Source of the DNA: an uncultured Candidatus Saccharibacteria bacterium
GTDB taxonomy: Bacteria; Patescibacteriota; Minisyncoccia; Minisyncoccales; JAGGXC01
Length of the DNA: 56,388 nucleotides
Assembly: GCA_964607015.1 (NCBI GenBank)
Contig: CAZSHN010000002.1
Location: 1-56,388 of the forward strand
Direction: 5' to 3'
A model generated the notes under the pieces. That model worked only from the letters and a program-made list of their open reading frames with translations. It ran no database searches and was not told where the DNA came from. Positions 53,263 through 56,388 of the stretch are shown in pieces. The translations under genes were made by a program, and so were the position numbers. Within the stretch, counting starts at the first letter, position 1. Each line of letters begins with the position of its first letter.

Positions 53263-54375
53263 TTAAATATAACCTAGCTCTACTGCGGCATGTATAAACA
53301 TTGCGTGAGACCATAAAAGAGGTTTTACTCCCACTCTTGGATCTCCTTTGGGAAATATTTGTTCGGGAATTAATAAGTCTTCATCTAATTGATTTACAAC
53401 TAGCCAAAAATAATCTTCGGCTTCCTTTTTATTTCCCATTTTACCTTGAGCTATACTCATCCAGAAAGTTAATAAAGGCCATGCTCCAGCTCCCATTTTG
53501 TAATGCAAATCTGTATTTTCTATTTCCCCTTCATACTCATCGAATTGATATCTATACACCCCTTTCTCGTCTACAATACTATTTTCAATAGCCTTTACAG
53601 TGTTTATCATTCTTTTGTCGTCCGGTTTTACAATTTCAAAAGGCCAAACCAGAGCTAAAAGAGAGGCATCTATATTTCTGTCTCCTTCTACTTTGCCCCC
53701 AAAACGTCTTAAGAAATAACCTGCTTTTTTATCATAAGCATTATTTATTAGAACTTTCATTTGATCTGCAGTTTTCTTGGCTTTCTTATTGGGAATTATT
53801 TTGTTTGACTTTTCAAGGCCTGTAGCACAAGCGGCTAAAGAGTAAGTTAAGTTATTCTTAAACCTAGGGTGAGCTATTCTCTCTTCCCACGGATCCTCAA
53901 TAAAGATCCTAAAATGATCTTTTTCCCAAATATCAATTAATCCTTTGGTGCTTTTTTTAATTATTTTTTTAGCTAACGGAGAAAGCTTATTCCTTTTACC
54001 ATGCTCATAAATAGCCCAAAGAAGTGTGCCTGTCTGGTCTGGCTGAAAATGATTTTCTCTCAACCTTCCATTAACATGATAGCTGCGGAATAAAAGCCCT
54101 TCTTTCCATTTTGCTAAGGGTTTTTGATAATCTTCTGCCCTATTCCAAATCCAAGATAAGGCATCATCAAAGATGTCTATGTCAATATACAAGCCAGCAG
54201 TAGCACTAAATCCTAAATCTCTACCAGGCCAACAATATAAATAACTTTTAGCTCGAGAAGGATAATACGGCATATGACTAGGAGCCGCTATTAAGCATCC
54301 ATTGGGCAATAAGCAATCATTAAAGACTTTTTTTGTTTCTTTGATTATTCTGTTTATCTTCTCTTTTTCCTTCAT
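53263..54375 (-). CDS. Glycoside hydrolase family 15 (glucoamylase/trehalase-like catalytic domain only)
   Basis: (alpha/alpha)6-type pattern: YLYCWPGRD, QPDQTGTLLWAIYEH, GAGAWPLLTFWM, and KPLLWSHAMFI. Confidence 0.75.
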   Translation of the reverse strand: MKEKEKINRIIKETKKVFNDCLLPNGCLIAAPSHMPYYPSRAKSYLYCWPGRDLGFSATAGLYIDIDIFDDALSWIWNRAEDYQKPLAKWKEGLLFRSYHVNGRLRENHFQPDQTGTLLWAIYEHGKRNKLSPLAKKIIKKSTKGLIDIWEKDHFRIFIEDPWEERIAHPRFKNNLTYSLAACATGLEKSNKIIPNKKAKKTADQMKVLINNAYDKKAGYFLRRFGGKVEGDRNIDASLLALVWPFEIVKPDDKRMINTVKAIENSIVDEKGVYRYQFDEYEGEIENTDLHYKMGAGAWPLLTFWMSIAQGKMGNKKEAEDYFWLVVNQLDEDLLIPEQIFPKGDPRVGVKPLLWSHAMFIHAAVELGYI

Positions 54376-54381
54376 ATTATC

Positions 54382-54417
54382 TTATTTTACCAAAAAACCA
54401 CCCCTAACGCGAGGTGG
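54382..54417 (-). repeat. Intergenic module copy 2: short hairpin + T-tract + TGGTAAAAT
   Basis: Minus strand reads CCACCTCGCGTTAGGGGTGG-TTTTTTGGTAAAATAA. The -10-like box ends 8 nt before the GH15 ATG. Confidence 0.75.
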
Positions 54418-54489
54418 ACTTTGTTATCCGCAGACAGAGGTGCAGACTGGTTCTTGATCAAAAAAGGTTAGAATAAAACTATTAATAAG

Positions 54490-55605
54490 TTAGTCTGCAT
54501 GGCTTAGTTCTAGTTTAAACTCAAAATCATCTTGTTTTGCCCAACCCTTTATTCCTCCTGCTTCAAGTTGGAACCACTCACAAAAATAAGTATCACAACC
54601 TTCGGCAATAATAATTTTTACTTCTTCCTCCGGCTTGACTTCTTTTACTATTTCTGAATCATAGCTTTTTTCTTTATAAAGGCGAATAGTTTCAGAAGCC
54701 TTTGTTTCTATACCAACTTCATAAATTTCTTTAGGAATCCATTTCAAAAGATGCGTTTCTTTATCAAGAATATAGTTGTCGGTTTTGAGCCAAAAACCCA
54801 TCCAATCATTTACAATCACTTTTCCATTACCCAAGAGTTCAGGCCATCTACTTAACTTACCCATTTTTTTTATCTCTTTACCATTATACCAAAAGAATAA
54901 GCTTACATCATCGTTACTAGGACCCGGATTATGTAGAACTACTTCTTGGTATTTATCGTTTTCATCAATGTCAATAACTGAAAAATCAGTAGGCCAAAAT
55001 TCTAATTTTTGACTCTTTTCACCAATATGTAAAACAAAACCAATCCCTTCCGAAAATTTTACTTTGTCAACATAAATCTTCTCTTCCCTACCATCTCCGT
55101 CAAGGTCCCTTTTTATCAAAGTCTCTCCAGTATTCTTAATTTCTTCACCAAGAAAAATTTTTCCTGAAGGATAAGTGTAGAAACTTACTTTCTCTAAAAC
55201 AAGAGGAAGATCTAATTTCTCATCAGAGACTCCATTCTCTTTAATATATTGATAGATACAAGTGCCATCAATACATTTACAACCATAATCAGGATCAGGT
55301 GCCTCACACTCTACTCCTGTATATTTACATTGTTCATTTTTAGAAATGCAGTCACATCCACATTCAAACTCACAATCATCGTCAACTTGGCAAGATCTGT
55401 CACAAGGATCCTCCCCTTCTCCCATATAGTTTAAAGCTGCGTCTTGAGAGCAAGTAGATTTGTTTAAATTTAATAATGGAATATTATTAAAATTATCTAT
55501 CTCTCCATACTGCCACCAAGTAAAGCCTCCTATGGCAATTACTAGGATTAAGATGATAGTTATCGCTATCGGGGTAGATATTCCCCTATTAAGGTATTTC
55601 CACAT
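54490..55605 (-). CDS. Cys-rich anchored protein, paralogue of 49465..50097, with extra C-terminal beta-rich domains
   Basis: 371 aa. N-terminus MWKYLNRGISTPIAITIILILVIAI. Contains the Cys-rich block CDRSCQVDDDCEFECGCDCISKNEQC...CKCIDGTC. Confidence 0.55.
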   Translation of the reverse strand: MWKYLNRGISTPIAITIILILVIAIGGFTWWQYGEIDNFNNIPLLNLNKSTCSQDAALNYMGEGEDPCDRSCQVDDDCEFECGCDCISKNEQCKYTGVECEAPDPDYGCKCIDGTCIYQYIKENGVSDEKLDLPLVLEKVSFYTYPSGKIFLGEEIKNTGETLIKRDLDGDGREEKIYVDKVKFSEGIGFVLHIGEKSQKLEFWPTDFSVIDIDENDKYQEVVLHNPGPSNDDVSLFFWYNGKEIKKMGKLSRWPELLGNGKVIVNDWMGFWLKTDNYILDKETHLLKWIPKEIYEVGIETKASETIRLYKEKSYDSEIVKEVKPEEEVKIIIAEGCDTYFCEWFQLEAGGIKGWAKQDDFEFKLELSHAD

Positions 55606-55640
55606 ATTGTTATTAGTTAATTGATGTTTCTTTATTGTAT

Positions 55641-55663
55641 CAAAAAATCGCCTGTGAGGCGAT
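55641..55663 (-). terminator. Terminator after ORF 55724..56338, fused to a TGATACAAT box
   Basis: Minus strand reads ATCGCC-TCACA-GGCGAT followed by TTTTTTGATACAAT. Confidence 0.7.
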
Positions 55664-55723
55664 TTCTTTGTAGGGACTGGCGGACAGTTTTCGAACCTTT
55701 GAGTGGGTGGAATTTAATAAATA

Positions 55724-56338
55724 TCATTTGAATTTATAAAAAACTAATCCCAAATCGCTGGTTGGTTTCATTTGTTTTCTTTCAAGTTTTGAAGACAGGA
55801 AGCTCAAAACTTTGTCAGAATTTTCTTTTTCAGCGCGCACAATTACAAAAACTTTATATAGTTTAGAAAAAGAACTAACCGATTTCTTTTTTAGGTAGAA
55901 AATTTGTCCTTCCACAGATTCCTCTGCTTTTAACAAATCGCCTCTAAAAGAATTGTTATCTTCCGGCTCTGTTCTTATTGTTCGGTAAGGATAGAAAAAA
56001 TCAAAATCATTCCATGAAAAAAATTTTTCATTTTTACCTTTAGCAATCTTTATTCCCTCTTTGTTTAAAACATATGATCTTTTTTTGTATGGAAAAAATA
56101 AGTTTACTAAGAAAAATAAAACAGTCATAAATAATACACCTAATATTACCGCAACAACATTAACAACCGCCTTCCTTATCCCATCTCTTAAGACCCAAGA
56201 AACAAAATTGTTTACATATTCAAAACAGCTATAAACGGTTATTAGTGTTAAGGGCACCCAAGAAAGCAAAATGAATTTTTTAATCTGAGACCTTCTTTCT
56301 GACGGAGTTATTGTCCAAGTTAAAATTTTTTCGCTCAT
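55724..56338 (-). CDS. Hypothetical membrane protein (2 TM + cytoplasmic beta-rich, PH-like domain)
   Basis: 204 aa. No family recognised with confidence. Confidence 0.45.
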   Translation of the reverse strand: MSEKILTWTITPSERRSQIKKFILLSWVPLTLITVYSCFEYVNNFVSWVLRDGIRKAVVNVVAVILGVLFMTVLFFLVNLFFPYKKRSYVLNKEGIKIAKGKNEKFFSWNDFDFFYPYRTIRTEPEDNNSFRGDLLKAEESVEGQIFYLKKKSVSSFSKLYKVFVIVRAEKENSDKVLSFLSSKLERKQMKPTSDLGLVFYKFK

Positions 56339-56363
56339 CGTTATTAAATATTTTACTATTAAT

Positions 56364-56388
56364 TTATTTTACCAAAAAACCACCTCTA
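56364..56388 (-). repeat. Intergenic module copy 3 (truncated by the window edge)
   Basis: Minus strand reads TAGAGGTGG-TTTTTTGGTAAAATAA, identical to copies 1 and 2 over the 3' arm, T-tract and box. Confidence 0.7.

Noticed and set aside
55670-55710. GGTTCGAAAAC T-loop-like box, considered as a possible tRNA
   Set aside because: No complementary T-stem, acceptor stem or anticodon arm can be drawn around it. I treat it as part of the repeated intergenic element instead.
1-56388. Alternative genetic code (UGA reassignment, as in Gracilibacteria/Absconditabacteria)
   Set aside because: Conserved genes translate end to end with the standard table. TGA also terminates well-defined ORFs at the expected length, for example rmuC at 17593.
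1-56388. Diversity-generating retroelement, retron, integron or IS element
   Set aside because: I recognised no reverse transcriptase, integrase or transposase ORF in the translations. I noticed no long template/variable repeat pair by eye, although a dot-plot would be needed to exclude one.

Overview
The window is visibly AT-rich and gene-dense. It looks like a small-genome bacterium of the Patescibacteria/CPR (Parcubacteria-like) type; that placement is inferred from gene content. About 65 coding regions are called, and nearly all genes from 17 kb to the right edge lie on the minus strand. All protein calls come from motifs read in the supplied translations. No database search was run. Recognisable core genes: dnaX, cysS, dnaB, recR, rplU, rmuC, a minimal dcw cluster (mraZ-rsmH-ftsL-ftsI), secE-nusG-rplK, gyrB, pheST, and a compact thymidylate/folate operon (dcd-thyA-folA-glyA-DUF2061-folD-dcd-like). 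Two tRNAs are present: Gln-UUG and Glu-CUC. The rest is envelope or accessory: a type IV pilin, a Ca-type P-type ATPase, a CaCA exchanger, GH3/GH15/DUF4015-type glycosidases, a membrane-anchored Clp-like AAA+ protein, and many N-terminally anchored hypotheticals. I saw no rRNA, CRISPR array, transposase, integrase or reverse transcriptase. The most interesting signals are these. (1) A 24/26-nt direct repeat of the tRNA-Gln 3' end brackets a 2-kb islet. The islet encodes a GNAT-GNAT-ASCH fusion and a stand-alone ASCH protein, a candidate RNA or nucleoside acetylation/deacetylation pair. (2) Related GC-rich hairpin plus tRNA-like elements sit at successive module boundaries at 6.2 and 7.7 kb. 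(3) An intergenic module (hairpin + T-tract + TGGTAAAAT) recurs at 52.4, 54.4 and 56.4 kb. (4) Extended -10 boxes sit 6-8 nt from ATG codons that lack Shine-Dalgarno sequences, suggesting leaderless mRNAs. (5) Two self-contained units, each with a consensus promoter, a small ORF and a terminator, lie at 17.1 and 51.5 kb. (6) Two paralogous Cys-rich proteins share an unusual N-terminal leader. (7) There are degenerate enzyme variants: Clp NBD1, a Mur-ligase-like remnant, and DKTAT in the P-type ATPase.
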